From an uncultured Gammaproteobacteria bacterium (GTDB taxonomy: Bacteria; Pseudomonadota; Gammaproteobacteria; CAZDOC01), in assembly GCA_964506945.1 (NCBI GenBank), contig CAZDOC010000002.1:42834-106833 (forward strand): DNA of 64,000 bases. The letters are read 5' to 3'. The translations under genes were made by a program, and so were the position numbers. The notes below the pieces were generated by a model that saw only the letters and a program-made list of their open reading frames with translations, was not told the DNA's origin and did not search any database. Every line of letters begins with the position of its first letter. Position 1 is the stretch's first letter. Of the stretch, positions 1 through 12,072 are shown in pieces.

Positions 1-813
1 CCTCCGACTGCAGGGGATTGCAGTCCAGCAGTCTCAGGTTCGGATCGTCGTCCTCGCCGTCGAAACGGGTCAGGCTGATCGGCGTCGCGCCCGCCGCCAG
101 GTCGATGACGAAATAGGCCGCCGGGTGTTCATGTGGCTGATAGGGCAGGATGTTCACGCGCGAGGACCAGTCCCCGAGTTGATCATAGATCCGCCAGACC
201 GCCCCGTAAGGCAGATGGTGTGGATCGACCAGGGCGGTGGCGCAGATCTGTTTGTAGCTGCGCGCCACACTGCCCTTGCCGTCGTCATCCTCCAGTGGGT
301 ATTCGACCGGGTCGTTCTCCCGTCGCAGTTGTTCGGCCGTGGCGTAGAGGTCATGGATCTCGCGCCACAGCATCTGGGTCACGGGGGCATATTCCTGGTA
401 GTTCAGCAGCAGGGCGTGGGAGAGCAGGCGCAGGGCCATATTGATGGCGGGGATGGGGGGTTTGCTGTGCAGCCAGCGGGTCTTGCGCATCAGGCTTTCA
501 TCGATGCCCAGTTTCAGACCATAGGCAATCTCCTGGGCAATCTTCTTGACCCGTTCGATATGTGCCAGGGTGATGTCCATGGTCTGCAGGCTGGGGGGAT
601 CCCCGTGCTTGATCCAGGTGTCCAGCAGATATTCGTAGGGACGTATGTACTGCTTCATCAGGTCCAGGCGCACGCTGGACTTCACATCAGCCCGATGGGT
701 CTCCTCCAGGGCCTGGATCAGGCGCTGGCAGGTCTTGTCGAAGTCGGCATAGGGCAGGGCGTCGAGCCATTCTTCGAGATAGGCTGGACGCAATTCGGCG
801 TTGGGCAGTGTCA
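1..813 (-). CDS. Conserved hypothetical protein, N-terminal 271 codons; the gene continues beyond the window start.
   Basis: Manual reverse-complement translation from the ATG at 813-811 gives an uninterrupted protein-like sequence (MTLPNAELRPAYLEEWLDALPYADFDKTCQRLIQALEETHRADVKSSV...) with normal amino-acid composition and no stop before position 1. The + strand ORF 125..946 is its Q/G/V/H-rich antisense shadow. I could not assign a family from memory. Confidence 0.5.
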
Positions 814-1087
814 TCGTATCATTGTGGCCATGGTCTTGATCTTTTGGAGTACGGGCACAGGACGATGCAGTTTATGTACCAGAACCCGATCGGTCACTGT
901 CTGCCCTCCCCTGGGCCCCGTTCCGCACGCGCCCGCACCTTCATGATGGCGCCGTGGCTTTGTTTTATACTGAGTATATGCCAATCAGGGCCTGGCTCCA
1001 TCATTGGAAATCGTTCCGCTGCCGTTGTCTCCGGGAGGCGACAATGCTCGCGTGCGTGCCGCGCCGGATCACGGGGGTGAAACCGTG

Positions 1088-1369
1088 ATGACCTGCCGGC
1101 ACTGTTTTGTCTCGGGGCGGGTGCAGGGCGTTTTCTTCCGCGCCACCACCTGCGACCTGGCGCGGCGCCTGGGACTGCGTGGCTGGGTGCGAAACCTGCC
1201 GGACGGGCGCGTGGAGGTGCTGGCAGGCGGCGCGGAGGCAGCGGTCCTGGAGTTGTGCGCATGGTTGCGCCACGGTCCGCCGACGGCCCGGGTCAGCGAG
1301 CTGCACGTGGACGAGGTGCCGCCTGCAGACTGCGAACGGGGTTTGCCCGGTGGCTTCGAACTGCGCTGA
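1088..1369 (+). CDS. acyP: Acylphosphatase.
   Basis: Classic acylphosphatase motifs VSGRVQGVFFR and GWVRNLPDGRVEVLAGG. The ATG at 1088 gives a protein of about 93 aa, the typical size. The track ORF starts upstream at 1004. Confidence 0.8.
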   Translation: MTCRHCFVSGRVQGVFFRATTCDLARRLGLRGWVRNLPDGRVEVLAGGAEAAVLELCAWLRHGPPTARVSELHVDEVPPADCERGLPGGFELR

Positions 1370-1612
1370 ACCAGGCCGCCGCACTCACACGAAGGGGCGG
1401 AATATCAGGTCGCGGCCCGGCCTGGGTGGGGCGCCACACGAACAAGAGCAAGGGAACCCTCGCCGGGTCGCGGAGCACACGCGGGAGCCCCCTGGTCTCG
1501 AAGGCGCCGCGCAGCGGCGAGCATGATGCGATCCGGGTCCTGGCGCCCCGATGCGGGGCCATGCCGCGTTAATCCGGGTTTCGGTTCTTCGCGTGCCCGG
1601 TGATCGTGGCTT

Positions 1613-3328
1613 TCATCCACGCATCTCCAGGCGCTCACGGATGAAGTCCACCGCCCCGGCCAGGTCGATATCACGCGGCTCAGCGTCGCAGCGGCCCTTG
1701 TATTCGGCGCTGCCCTGATCCAGTCCCCGGTCGGAAAGCACCAGGCGGTGCGGTATGCCGATCAGCTCCATGTCCGCGAACATGACCCCCGGACGTTCGC
1801 GGCGGTCGTCCAGCAGGACCTCGATGCCGGCGCCCGTCAATTGTGCGTGGAGGGTCTCGACCGCCTCGCGCAGGCGTTCCGACTTGTGCATGTTGATGGG
1901 CACCAGGGCCAGCTGGTAGGGCGCGATGGCCGGTGGCCAGACGATGCCGCGATCATCGTGATTCTGTTCGATGGCGGCGGCGACGATACGCGACACCCCT
2001 ATCCCGTAACATCCCATCTGCAGTGTCACGGCCCGGCCCTGCTCGTCCAGACAGGTGGCCTTGAGGGCCCGGCTGTACTTGTCGCCGAGCTGGAAGATAT
2101 GTCCGACCTCGATACCTCGGGCTATGCGCAGGCGGCCCTGGCCGTCGGGGCTGGGATCGCCGGCCTGGACGTTGCGGATATCCGCGCACTCCGGTTCCGG
2201 CAGGTCCCGGCCCCAGTTGACCCCAAGCAGATGCCAGCCGTCCCGGTTGGCGCCACAGACGAAATCCGCGACCCCTGTCGCGGCCCGGTCGACCCAGACG
2301 GGGATGTCCAGTCCGCGCGGTCCCAGCGAGCCGACGCCACAGCCGAGTTCGGCCCGGATCCGATCCGCCGTGGCCATGCTCAGAGGGGTGGCGACGCCGG
2401 GCAGCTTGGCCGCCTTGACGGCATTGAGTTCATGGTCGCCGCGCAGCACCAGGGCCACCAGGGTGCCCGATTCGCCCTCGACGATCAGGGTCTTGAGGCA
2501 GCGTTCCGCAGGGACTTCGAGATACGCGCTGACCTCGGCGATGCTGTGCTGGTCCGGGGTCTCCACAGGTGTCATCTCCATGCCGGGCGTGTTCCTGGGA
2601 GCGGCCGGTGGCAGGGCCTCGGCGAGTTCGACGTTGGCGGCGTAATCGCCGTCATCGCTGAAGGCGATGGCATCCTCCCCGGAATCGGCCAGGACATGGA
2701 ATTCGTGCGAGGTCGCGCCACCGATGTTGCCGGAATCGGCCGCCACGGCGCGGAAACGCAGCCCCAGTCGGGTGAATATGCGGCCATAGGCCTGGTACAT
2801 GTCCTGGTAGGTCTGTTCCAGCGAGGCCGTATCGAGATGGAAGGAGTAGGCATCCTTCATCAGGAATTCCCGCGCCCGCATGATGCCGAAACGGGGCCGG
2901 ATCTCGTCCCGGAACTTGGACTGGATCTGGTAGAAATTGGCCGGCAGCTGTTTGTAGGAACGGATCTCGCGGCGCACCAGGTCGGTGATGATCTCCTCGT
3001 GGGTGGGGCCGAGACAGAATTCACGGTCGTGTCGATCACTGAAGCGCAGCAACTCCGGGCCATATTCGTCCCAGCGACCGGATTCCCGCCACAGCTCCGC
3101 CGGCTGGACGCCGGACATCAGCAGTTCCTGGGCGCCACTGGCATCCATCTCCGCACGGACGATGGCCTCGACCTTGCGCAGCACCCGCAGGCCCAGTGGC
3201 AACCAGGTGTAGATACCGGAGGCCAGCTTGCGGATCATGCCGGCTCGCAGCATCAGCTGGTGGCTGATGATCTCGGCATCCGCGGGGGCCTCTCTGAGGG
3301 TGGGTAGCAGCAGTCGTGATACGCGCAT
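1613..3328 (-). CDS. proS: Proline--tRNA ligase.
   Basis: The 571-aa product is near-colinear with E. coli ProS: [44 protein letters not shown]..., [22 protein letters not shown] and AYSFH. Confidence 0.95.
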   Translation of the reverse strand: MRVSRLLLPTLREAPADAEIISHQLMLRAGMIRKLASGIYTWLPLGLRVLRKVEAIVRAEMDASGAQELLMSGVQPAELWRESGRWDEYGPELLRFSDRHDREFCLGPTHEEIITDLVRREIRSYKQLPANFYQIQSKFRDEIRPRFGIMRAREFLMKDAYSFHLDTASLEQTYQDMYQAYGRIFTRLGLRFRAVAADSGNIGGATSHEFHVLADSGEDAIAFSDDGDYAANVELAEALPPAAPRNTPGMEMTPVETPDQHSIAEVSAYLEVPAERCLKTLIVEGESGTLVALVLRGDHELNAVKAAKLPGVATPLSMATADRIRAELGCGVGSLGPRGLDIPVWVDRAATGVADFVCGANRDGWHLLGVNWGRDLPEPECADIRNVQAGDPSPDGQGRLRIARGIEVGHIFQLGDKYSRALKATCLDEQGRAVTLQMGCYGIGVSRIVAAAIEQNHDDRGIVWPPAIAPYQLALVPINMHKSERLREAVETLHAQLTGAGIEVLLDDRRERPGVMFADMELIGIPHRLVLSDRGLDQGSAEYKGRCDAEPRDIDLAGAVDFIRERLEMRG

Positions 3329-3426
3329 CTTGTAGGTCCGGTATTCGTGGAGAGAGCGGATTCTAACCGATCCTCAGGGCAGGTACAGGACCAGGACCCC
3401 GCGCCACCGCCGGGATGCCGCGGATC

Positions 3427-3879
3427 CTATTTGCAGTATTTGGCGATATCCTCCCGGACCTGCTTGATCCGGGCCTGGCGCTCTTCCTCGCCGATACGCA
3501 CGCGCTCGCCGGCGGCATCGGTCTTGTAGATCCGTTGTGACTGCTGCAGGCCGGTCAGGCGCTGGCGCGCGTTGTCGCAGGCGGCCTTGATCCGGGCCTG
3601 CTCCCCGGCCTTTTGTTTCGCCGCCTTCCGGGCCTCTTCACGCTGCTTGAAATACTCGCTGGATCTCGCCTTCTGCTGCTCCAGGCGTTTCAGGGCGCCG
3701 GGGTCCTCCCGGACATGGATGTCCAGGCTTTCCGCCTGGGCGTCGGGCGGGGGGGTCCTGGAGTAATGCATGACGCCATGGGCATCCTTCCATTTATAGA
3801 CCTTGGCGGCCAGGACGACGGTGCTCGTCAGGGCGCTCAGCAACAGCGCGGCAAGAAAGATCTTGGAGAGTCTGGGCAT
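3427..3879 (-). CDS. DUF4124 domain-containing periplasmic protein.
   Basis: Signal peptide followed by the DUF4124 signature KVYKWKDAHGVMHYSRTPPP, then a charged coiled-coil-like tail. Confidence 0.65.
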   Translation of the reverse strand: MPRLSKIFLAALLLSALTSTVVLAAKVYKWKDAHGVMHYSRTPPPDAQAESLDIHVREDPGALKRLEQQKARSSEYFKQREEARKAAKQKAGEQARIKAACDNARQRLTGLQQSQRIYKTDAAGERVRIGEEERQARIKQVREDIAKYCK

Positions 3880-4097
3880 CGGTTCGTCACATCCGGATTG
3901 GAGGGTTCGCCTAACTATAGCCAGTGACCGGGGCGGTGTCAGCCGCCGGTCCTGGAAACCCTCGTGATTTGTCGGGAAATCAGCAGCATGGCCGATTCGT
4001 TCTTGACCTCAATCCCCTTTGGCAGTAGTTTTGGCTGTTTGTTCAACGCGAAGCGGGTCCATCCGTCTGGATCCAGGCATCTCCCCCGGGGCTGTCT

Positions 4098-5870
4098 GTG
4101 CTCCGGTCCCCGGCCTGTCGTCATGCTGGTATTGCAGCGGGAAGAATCAACGTGGGAAAAAAGATCAGAGGCGCGGAAATCTTCATCAAATGCCTTGAAG
4201 ATGAAGGCGTGGAATTCGTCTTCGGATATCCGGGTGGCGCGGTACTGCATATCTATGACGCCTTGTACAACCAGGACAAGGTCAAGCATATCCTGGTGCG
4301 GCACGAGCAGGGCGCCACCCATGCCGCGGACGGTTACGCCCGCGCCACCGGACGGCCCGGCGTGGTCCTGGTGACCTCGGGTCCGGGCGCCACCAATACC
4401 GTGACCGGCATCGCCACCGCCTATATGGATTCCATCCCCATGGTGGTCTTTACCGGCCAGGTACCCACTCAGCTGATCGGCAACGATGCCTTCCAGGAAG
4501 TCGACAATCTCGGCATCACCCGTCCCTGTGTCAAGCACAACTTCATGGTCAAGGACGTGCGCGACATGGCCGAAACCATCAAGAAGGCATTCTATGTCGC
4601 CAGCACCGGGAGGCCAGGTCCGGTGGTGGTCGATCTGCCCAAGGACGTGACCGCCGATCTCAGCGAATACGCCTATCCCGAGAGCGTGGAAATGCGATCC
4701 TACAAGCCGGTGGTCAAGGGTCACCCCGGGCAGATCAAGAAGGCGGTCAATCTGCTCCTGAGGGCGCGCAAGCCGATGATCTACAGTGGCGGCGGCGCGG
4801 TGCTGGACAACGCGGATGCCGAACTGACCGAACTGACGCGCATGCTGGGCTTCCCCATCACCAATACCCTGATGGGCCTGGGCGCCTATCCGGGCACCGA
4901 CCGGCAATTCGTCGGCATGCTGGGCATGCATGGCACCTATGAGGCCAATATGGCCATGCACCAGTGCGATGTGCTGCTGGCCATCGGCGCGCGTTTCGAT
5001 GACCGCGTGACCGGCAACCTGGAAAAATTCTGTCCGCACGCAAGCATCATCCATATCGATATCGACCCGGCCTCGATCGCCAAGAACGTGCCGGTGGATA
5101 TTCCCATCGTCGGCAGCGTAAGGAACGTCCTGGGGGACATGATCAAGCTCCTGCAGGCCACCGACAAGCGCCCGGACGAGCAGGCGCTGGCGGAATGGTG
5201 GGAGCGGATCGACGCCTGGCGCAAGGTCGACTGTCTCGCCTACGAGCGCGGCACCGAGGTCATCAAGCCCCAGTTCGTGGTCGAGACCCTGTATGAGCTG
5301 ACCGGGGGCGATGCCTTTATCACCTCGGATGTCGGCCAGCATCAGATGTGGGCGGCGCAGTATTACAAGTTCAACAAGCCCAGACGCTGGATCAACTCCG
5401 GCGGGCTCGGCACCATGGGCTTTGGCGTGCCCGCGGCGATGGGGGTGCAACTGGCATACCCGCAAGAGACCGTTTGCTGCATCAGTGGCGAGGCCTCTCT
5501 GGTGATGTGCATACAGGAGTTGTCCACCTGCCTGCAGTACGGCCTGCCGATCAAGATCGTCAGTCTGAACAATCGCTACATGGGTATGGTCAGGCAGTGG
5601 CAGGAATTCTTCTATGACCGGCGTTACTCACATTCCTACATGGATGCCCTGCCGGACTTTTCGGCCCTGGCGGAGAGCTTTGGCCACGTCGGCATGCGCA
5701 TCGAGAAGAGCGCGGACGTCGAGGCCGCGCTGAAGGAGGCCCTGGCCATGAAGGAACGTCTGGTATTGATGGACTTCGTCACCGATCAGACCGAGAACGT
5801 CTACCCGATGATCGCCGCCGGCAAGGGACATAACGAAATCCTGCTACCAACCGACAGGGAGCTGGCCTGA
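4098..5870 (+). CDS. ilvI: Acetolactate synthase III large (catalytic) subunit. An alternative GTG start at 4152 fits homolog N-termini better.
   Basis: Recalled IlvI/IlvB motifs FGYPGGAVLHIYDAL, VTSGPGATNTVTGIATAYMDSIP and GRPGPVVVDLPKDV. The small-subunit gene follows 2 nt downstream. Confidence 0.9.
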   Translation: MLRSPACRHAGIAAGRINVGKKIRGAEIFIKCLEDEGVEFVFGYPGGAVLHIYDALYNQDKVKHILVRHEQGATHAADGYARATGRPGVVLVTSGPGATNTVTGIATAYMDSIPMVVFTGQVPTQLIGNDAFQEVDNLGITRPCVKHNFMVKDVRDMAETIKKAFYVASTGRPGPVVVDLPKDVTADLSEYAYPESVEMRSYKPVVKGHPGQIKKAVNLLLRARKPMIYSGGGAVLDNADAELTELTRMLGFPITNTLMGLGAYPGTDRQFVGMLGMHGTYEANMAMHQCDVLLAIGARFDDRVTGNLEKFCPHASIIHIDIDPASIAKNVPVDIPIVGSVRNVLGDMIKLLQATDKRPDEQALAEWWERIDAWRKVDCLAYERGTEVIKPQFVVETLYELTGGDAFITSDVGQHQMWAAQYYKFNKPRRWINSGGLGTMGFGVPAAMGVQLAYPQETVCCISGEASLVMCIQELSTCLQYGLPIKIVSLNNRYMGMVRQWQEFFYDRRYSHSYMDALPDFSALAESFGHVGMRIEKSADVEAALKEALAMKERLVLMDFVTDQTENVYPMIAAGKGHNEILLPTDRELA

Positions 5871-5871
5871 G

Positions 5872-6366
5872 ATGCGACACATCATCTCCATCCTGATGGA
5901 AAACGAATCCGGCGCCCTGTCGCGCGTGGCCGGGCTGTTCTCCGCACGTGGCTACAATATCGAATCGCTGACCGTGGCGCCGACCGAGGACCCGACGGTG
6001 TCGCGCATGACCCTGGTGACCCGGGGTTCCGACGCGATCATCGAGCAGATCACCAAGCAGCTGAACAAGCTGATCGATGTGATCAAGCTGGTGGACCTGA
6101 ACGAGAGCCGCCATATCGAGCGCGAACTGATGCTGATCAAGCTGCGCGCCCGGGGCGCGGATGTGCGCGAAGAGGTCAAGCGCCTGGTGGATATCTTCCG
6201 CGGCCGTGTTCTCGATGTCGCCGACACCACCTTCACCGTGGAGCTGACGGGTGACGGGGGCAAGCTCGATGCCTTTATCGATGCCGTGGATGAACGCCAG
6301 ATCATCGAGGTGGTGCGTACCGGCATATCCGGGATCGCCCGTGGCGAGAAGCACCTGGCCGTCTGA
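5872..6366 (+). CDS. ilvH: Acetolactate synthase small (regulatory) subunit.
   Basis: ACT-domain N-terminus MRHIISILMENESGALSRVAGLFSARGYNIESLTV, typical of IlvH/IlvN. It directly follows ilvI. Confidence 0.9.
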   Translation: MRHIISILMENESGALSRVAGLFSARGYNIESLTVAPTEDPTVSRMTLVTRGSDAIIEQITKQLNKLIDVIKLVDLNESRHIERELMLIKLRARGADVREEVKRLVDIFRGRVLDVADTTFTVELTGDGGKLDAFIDAVDERQIIEVVRTGISGIARGEKHLAV

Positions 6367-6404
6367 AACGAAACCTTTACCCGATAGTTGCAACCACTGA
6401 CTGA

Positions 6405-7439
<1,035 letters not shown>

Positions 7440-7456
7440 GTGCGGAGCACGGCGCG

Positions 7457-8221
7457 ATGACCGGGGCGGGCAAGAAGGGTCAGCGGCGCGGCATCTATCT
7501 GCTGCCCAACCTGTTCACCACGGCCTCGCTGCTGGCCGCTTTCTACGCCATCGTCGCGGCCATGGACGGTCGTTTCGAACCGGCCGCCATGTCGATCTTC
7601 GTGTCCATGGTACTGGATGGCATGGACGGCCGTATCGCCCGTCTGACCAATACCCAGAGCGCCTTCGGCGCGGAGTATGACAGCCTCTCCGATCTGATCG
7701 CCTTCGGCCTGGCGCCGTCGCTGGTGATCTATACCTGGTCCCTGCAGTCACTGGGCAAGATCGGCTGGCTGGCGGCCTTTATCTACGCCGCCTGCACCGC
7801 GCTGCGTCTGGCCCGCTTCAATACCCAGATCGGCAGTGTCGACAAGCGTTATTTCCAGGGCCTGGCCAGCCCCGCGGGGGCGGCCCTGGTCGCGGGACTG
7901 GTGTGGTTCGTGGAGGAGTCCCATCCCGGCATGGGCGCGGCCATGGCCCCGGTCAGCCTGCTGGTGACGGTGCTGTCGGCGGCCTTGATGGTCAGCAATA
8001 TCCGTTACCACAGCTTCAAGGACCTGGACCTGCACGGCAAGGTGCCGTTCGTCAGCGTGCTGGTGATCCTGCTGGTATTCGTTTTCATCTCCCTGGACCC
8101 CTCGCTGGTGCTGTTCACCATCTTTTCCTTCTATGCCCTGTCCGGCCCGGTGCTGACCCTGGTCCACCTGCACCGCCATCGCCGCGCCCGCCACAACACC
8201 GAACCGGGTACGGAAGACTAG
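7457..8221 (+). CDS. pssA: CDP-diacylglycerol--serine O-phosphatidyltransferase (CDP-alcohol phosphatidyltransferase family).
   Basis: CDP-OH phosphatidyltransferase motif DGMDGRIARLTNTQSAFGAEYDSLSDLIAFGLAPS, plus multiple transmembrane segments. Confidence 0.85.
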   Translation: MTGAGKKGQRRGIYLLPNLFTTASLLAAFYAIVAAMDGRFEPAAMSIFVSMVLDGMDGRIARLTNTQSAFGAEYDSLSDLIAFGLAPSLVIYTWSLQSLGKIGWLAAFIYAACTALRLARFNTQIGSVDKRYFQGLASPAGAALVAGLVWFVEESHPGMGAAMAPVSLLVTVLSAALMVSNIRYHSFKDLDLHGKVPFVSVLVILLVFVFISLDPSLVLFTIFSFYALSGPVLTLVHLHRHRRARHNTEPGTED

Positions 8222-8562
8222 CGGGGCGGGCGCTTGCGGCATAAACCGGCGAGGGTTATAGTGCTGCGGACCAGCACCTGTTCGTAGACGATTCATGCCT
8301 CATCAGCGCGACAACAGTTCGACATGCACCCGCCCCGGCTGGCCCGGTGCGGTCGGCTCGCGACTGTCCTTCCCGACCTTCCACGAGGGACTGCTGCTGC
8401 CCCCCGGGGCATAACACGCAGATCCCAGCCCGGTAACGGGACCCCAGCATAGAACCACCATCCGCGCGGCCGTCGCGTGTGTCACGCAGCGTGCTCGCGG
8501 GTTAAACTATACCCATGCCCCGGCCATGTCCTGGTCGCCGGCAAGGGTCCGTGGAGGAAGTG

Positions 8563-10110
8563 ATGAAAGACCAGTTGATTATATTCGACACCACCTTGCG
8601 TGATGGCGAGCAGAGTCCGGGCGCGTCCATGAACAAGGACGAGAAAGTGCGCATCGCCAAGGCCCTGGAACGCCTGCGCGTGGATGTGATCGAGGCCGGC
8701 TTCCCGATCGCCAGCCCGGGTGATTTCGAGGCCGTCAAGGCCGTCGCCGAGTGCGTTACCGAGAGTACCGTGTGTGGCCTCGCGCGGGCCCTGGACAAGG
8801 ACATCGATCGCGCCGGAGAGGCCCTGGGGGCGGCGGCCTCGGCGCGCATCCATACCTTCCTCGCGACATCTCCCATCCATATGGAGATGAAGCTCAAGAT
8901 GAGCCCCGACGAGGTCGTCGAGCAGGCCGTGCGCGCGGTCCGGCACGCACGCCGGTACACCGACGATGTGGAGTTCTCACCCGAGGATGCCGGACGCTCG
9001 GAGTTCGATTTTCTCTGCCGGGTGCTGGAGGCGGTGATCGACGCCGGCGCCACCACGGTCAACATCCCGGATACCGTGGGCTACAATCTGCCGCCGATCT
9101 TCGGCGACCTGATCCGGCGTCTGATCGAGAACGTGCCCAACAGCGACAAGGCGGTGTTCTCGGTGCATTGTCACAATGACCTGGGGCTGGCCGTGGGTAA
9201 TTCCCTGTCCGCGGTGATGAACGGCGCGCGTCAGGTCGAGTGCACCATCAACGGCCTCGGCGAACGCGCCGGCAACGCCTCCCTGGAAGAGGTGGTGATG
9301 GCGGTGCGCACGCGCCAGGATCAGTTCAGTTGCCAGACCCGCCTGGACACGACCCAGATCGTGCACTGCTCCAGGCTGGTGTCGAACATCACCGGATTCC
9401 CGGTGCAGCCCAACAAGGCCATCGTCGGCGCCAACGCCTTCGCGCACGAATCCGGCATCCACCAGGACGGGGTGCTCAAGAGTCGCGAGACCTACGAGAT
9501 CATGCGTGCCGAGGATGTCGGCTGGAACGCCAATCGCATGGTCATGGGCAAGCATTCCGGGCGCAATGCCTTCCGCGCCCGGCTCAAGGAACTGGGTTGT
9601 GAATTCGAGCGCGAGGAGGAACTCAACGCCGCCTTCATGCGTTTCAAGCAACTGGCCGACAAGAAGCACGAGATCTTCGACGAGGACCTGCAGGCCCTGG
9701 TCACCGAGACCAGCCAGAACATACTCAATGAACGCATCAGGTTGCTGGCCCTGAAGGTCTGCTCCGAGACCGGCGAAACCCCGCGGGCCGAGGTCACCCT
9801 GCTGGTCGATGGCGAGGAACGCCAGGGCGAGGCCGAGGGCAGCGGCGCGGTGGACGCCAGTTTCAGGGCCATCGAGAGCATCGTCAACAGCGGCTGCAAG
9901 CTGTTGCTGTATTCGGTCAACAATATCACCACCGGCACCGATGCCCAGGGCGAGGTCACGGTGCGCCAGGACCATGCCGGCCGCATCGTCAATGGTCAGG
10001 GTTCGGATACCGATATCGTCATTGCCTCGGCGCGCGCCTATATCAACGGTTTGAACAAGGTCATGGATGACTCGCAGCGCCGGCATCCACAGGTAGAGGA
10101 ACACCTCTGA
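8563..10110 (+). CDS. leuA: 2-isopropylmalate synthase.
   Basis: [23 protein letters not shown]...[20 protein letters not shown] matches the LeuA N-terminus. The start is set at the ATG at 8563; the track ORF begins in-frame at 8515. Confidence 0.93.
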   Translation: MKDQLIIFDTTLRDGEQSPGASMNKDEKVRIAKALERLRVDVIEAGFPIASPGDFEAVKAVAECVTESTVCGLARALDKDIDRAGEALGAAASARIHTFLATSPIHMEMKLKMSPDEVVEQAVRAVRHARRYTDDVEFSPEDAGRSEFDFLCRVLEAVIDAGATTVNIPDTVGYNLPPIFGDLIRRLIENVPNSDKAVFSVHCHNDLGLAVGNSLSAVMNGARQVECTINGLGERAGNASLEEVVMAVRTRQDQFSCQTRLDTTQIVHCSRLVSNITGFPVQPNKAIVGANAFAHESGIHQDGVLKSRETYEIMRAEDVGWNANRMVMGKHSGRNAFRARLKELGCEFEREEELNAAFMRFKQLADKKHEIFDEDLQALVTETSQNILNERIRLLALKVCSETGETPRAEVTLLVDGEERQGEAEGSGAVDASFRAIESIVNSGCKLLLYSVNNITTGTDAQGEVTVRQDHAGRIVNGQGSDTDIVIASARAYINGLNKVMDDSQRRHPQVEEHL

Positions 10111-10120
10111 GGACGACGGC

Positions 10121-10807
10121 ATGAGGCGGCGTCAGGAATATCTCCGCGAGATGGGGGTCCAGCTCTGGACCCGGCGCGAGGCCGGAGCACGGGTCGTCGA
10201 GGCCGCGCCCCCGGGGGGGAATGCGGAGCCCCCCATCGCCGCGATGGACTGGCCGGAACTGCGTGCCTGCGTGGCTGCTTGCCGGCGCTGCGAGCTGGGC
10301 GCGCAGCGGGGGCAGGCGGTCTTCGGCACCGGTGATCCGCGCGCCGACTGGTTGATCATCGGCGAGGCTCCCGGGGCCGAGGAGGATCGCCAGGGCGAGC
10401 CCTTCGTCGGTCGCGCCGGGCAGTTGCTGAACGCCATGCTCGCGGCCATCGGTCTGGCCCGTGAGCAGGTCTATATCGCCAATATCCTCAAGTGCCGTCC
10501 GCCGGGAAACCGCGATCCCCGACCCGCCGAGGTGGCCAGCTGCGGTCCTTTCCTGGCCCGCCAGGTGGCGTTGATCCAGCCCCGCATCATCCTCGCCCTG
10601 GGGCGGATCGCCGCCCACAACCTGCTGGTCACGGATACGCCGATAGGCAAGCTGCGCGGCCGGTGCTATCGCTATGGTGACGACGGCATTCCCCTGGTGG
10701 TGACCTACCATCCTGCCTATCTGCTGCGGTCGCCGCGCGAGAAGCGCAAGGCCTGGGCGGATCTGCAACTGGCCATGGACTGTCTGCGCGGGGCGGACCG
10801 CGCATGA
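10121..10807 (+). CDS. Uracil-DNA glycosylase, family 4.
   Basis: Family-4 UDG motifs [24 protein letters not shown] and a 4Fe-4S cysteine pattern ([18 protein letters not shown]). Confidence 0.8.
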   Translation: MRRRQEYLREMGVQLWTRREAGARVVEAAPPGGNAEPPIAAMDWPELRACVAACRRCELGAQRGQAVFGTGDPRADWLIIGEAPGAEEDRQGEPFVGRAGQLLNAMLAAIGLAREQVYIANILKCRPPGNRDPRPAEVASCGPFLARQVALIQPRIILALGRIAAHNLLVTDTPIGKLRGRCYRYGDDGIPLVVTYHPAYLLRSPREKRKAWADLQLAMDCLRGADRA

Positions 10808-11271
10808 GCGCGGTACTACAGGAGGGCGTGGGGATCCGGCCGATGCAGGAGACCGATATCCATGTGGTCCACGGCATCGAGACCGAGGTGCATGCCTATC
10901 CATGGACCCGGGGGATCTTCCAGGATTGCCTGCGGGTGGGGTATTGCTGCTGGGTCGAGGAGTTGCGCGACGCCGTAGCCAGTTACGGCATCATGAGTAT
11001 CGCCGCCGGGGAATCGCATATCCTCAACATCGGCGTCGACCATGACCGGCAGCGCCAGGGCCTGGGCAGTCGCATGCTGCGGCATATGCTGGAACTGGCC
11101 TCGCGGCATCAGGCCGAGACGACCTTTCTGGAGGTGCGGCCCTCGAATGTGGCCGCGCTGGCGCTCTATCATCGCTTTGGTTTCACCGAGGTCGGCCTGC
11201 GGCGGGCTTATTATCCGGGTGACAAGGACCGCGAGGATGCGGTGATCCTGGCCCTGCAGCTCAAATGCTAG
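10804..11271 (+). CDS. rimI: Ribosomal-protein-alanine N-acetyltransferase (GNAT).
   Basis: GNAT fold motifs HILNIGVDHDRQRQGLGSRML. The start overlaps the UDG stop as ATGA, and UDG-rimI adjacency is common. Confidence 0.7.
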   Translation: MSAVLQEGVGIRPMQETDIHVVHGIETEVHAYPWTRGIFQDCLRVGYCCWVEELRDAVASYGIMSIAAGESHILNIGVDHDRQRQGLGSRMLRHMLELASRHQAETTFLEVRPSNVAALALYHRFGFTEVGLRRAYYPGDKDREDAVILALQLKC

Positions 11272-11294
11272 GAGTCTGTCGATGAGATGGTCTC

Positions 11295-12032
11295 CTAGGG
11301 CCGGGGTTCGCGCCGCTCCAGCAGCGGGCCGATCAGGCGCAAGAGCAGGTCCACGCTTGCCAGGCCCCGTTCCGGGGGACCGGACCTCAGGCTTCGTTCC
11401 AGCTTCATCGCCGCCCGGGAGAGCGTGGAGACGCCACAGATTGCGGCGTTTCCGGCCAGGCCATGGGCGATGCGCGACAGGGTGTCCCGATCGCCGCGAT
11501 CCCGGGCCTGGCACAGACGCCGATACTCGCCGGGGAGGCTGTCGACCAGCAGGGCATGGAGTTCCGCGCGCAGTTGCGGCGCCATGTCCATGCTCGCGGG
11601 TTCCCGCGCCCGGTCCGCGGCCAACGGCAGATAGCGGTTCAGGAGTGCCTCCAGCCGGGCCAGGTCCAGCGGCTTGTACAGGTACTCGCTAAAACCCTCC
11701 CGTCGCAGGCGGATGCGGGTCTCCGGGCGGGTGTCGGCGGTCAGGCAGAACATCGGCGGAATGGCCTTCCCGGCCAGGAGGTCGAGGAGATGCCGGCGGG
11801 TGGCGTAACCGTCCATCCCCGGCATGTGCAGGTCCATCAGGATCAGTCCGAAGTCCTGGCGCCGGCACAGCGCCAGGGCCTCCGGACCGCTGGCGGCCGC
11901 CACCAGCGGTCGTTCCAGCCTGTCCATCATGTCCTGGAGCAGGTGACGGCTGATCGGATCATCCTCGATCAGCAGCAGTTGGGGTGTGCTCGCGGTGCAG
12001 GTGTCGATCATCATGCATCCCTTCATGTTCAC
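11295..12032 (-). CDS. Orphan response regulator with an N-terminal receiver domain and a C-terminal HPt-like domain.
   Basis: LLLIEDDPISRHLL...LILMDLHMPGMDGYA (REC domain), and C-terminal IAHGLAGNAAICGVSTLS (HPt-like His motif). Confidence 0.6.
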   Translation of the reverse strand: MNMKGCMMIDTCTASTPQLLLIEDDPISRHLLQDMMDRLERPLVAAASGPEALALCRRQDFGLILMDLHMPGMDGYATRRHLLDLLAGKAIPPMFCLTADTRPETRIRLRREGFSEYLYKPLDLARLEALLNRYLPLAADRAREPASMDMAPQLRAELHALLVDSLPGEYRRLCQARDRGDRDTLSRIAHGLAGNAAICGVSTLSRAAMKLERSLRSGPPERGLASVDLLLRLIGPLLERREPRP

Positions 12033-12072
12033 GCGCTGTCGATAGCCCGGGGTTTATCGTAGAATCCCCGCC

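Noticed and set aside
125-946. 273-aa + strand ORF at the window start.
   Set aside because: The composition is Q/G/V/H-rich and it lies exactly antisense to a well-behaved - strand coding sequence (ATG at 813 running off the window). This is a typical GC-rich antisense shadow ORF.
1370-1612. GC-rich hairpin GCCCCG-ATG-CGGGGC between the convergent acyP and proS genes.
   Set aside because: It may serve as a bidirectional terminator, but it lacks a flanking U-run on either strand, so confidence is too low to call a feature.
1748-3307. 519-aa + strand ORF.
   Set aside because: It is entirely antisense to proS, which has unambiguous homology. The translation is low-complexity (G/D/A/Q-rich).
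3964-4374. 136-aa + strand ORF overlapping the ilvI 5' end; considered as a possible ilv leader peptide.
   Set aside because: It is out of frame with ilvI, Ser/Arg/Cys-rich, and has no run of Ile/Val/Leu codons. It is not a plausible attenuator peptide.
8222-8562. 340-bp region upstream of leuA, searched for a leu leader peptide or attenuator with consecutive Leu codons.
   Set aside because: The only short ORF (MHPPRLARCGRLATVLPDLPRGTAAAPRGI) has no Leu run. No convincing terminator or antiterminator pair was seen, so no leader was called.
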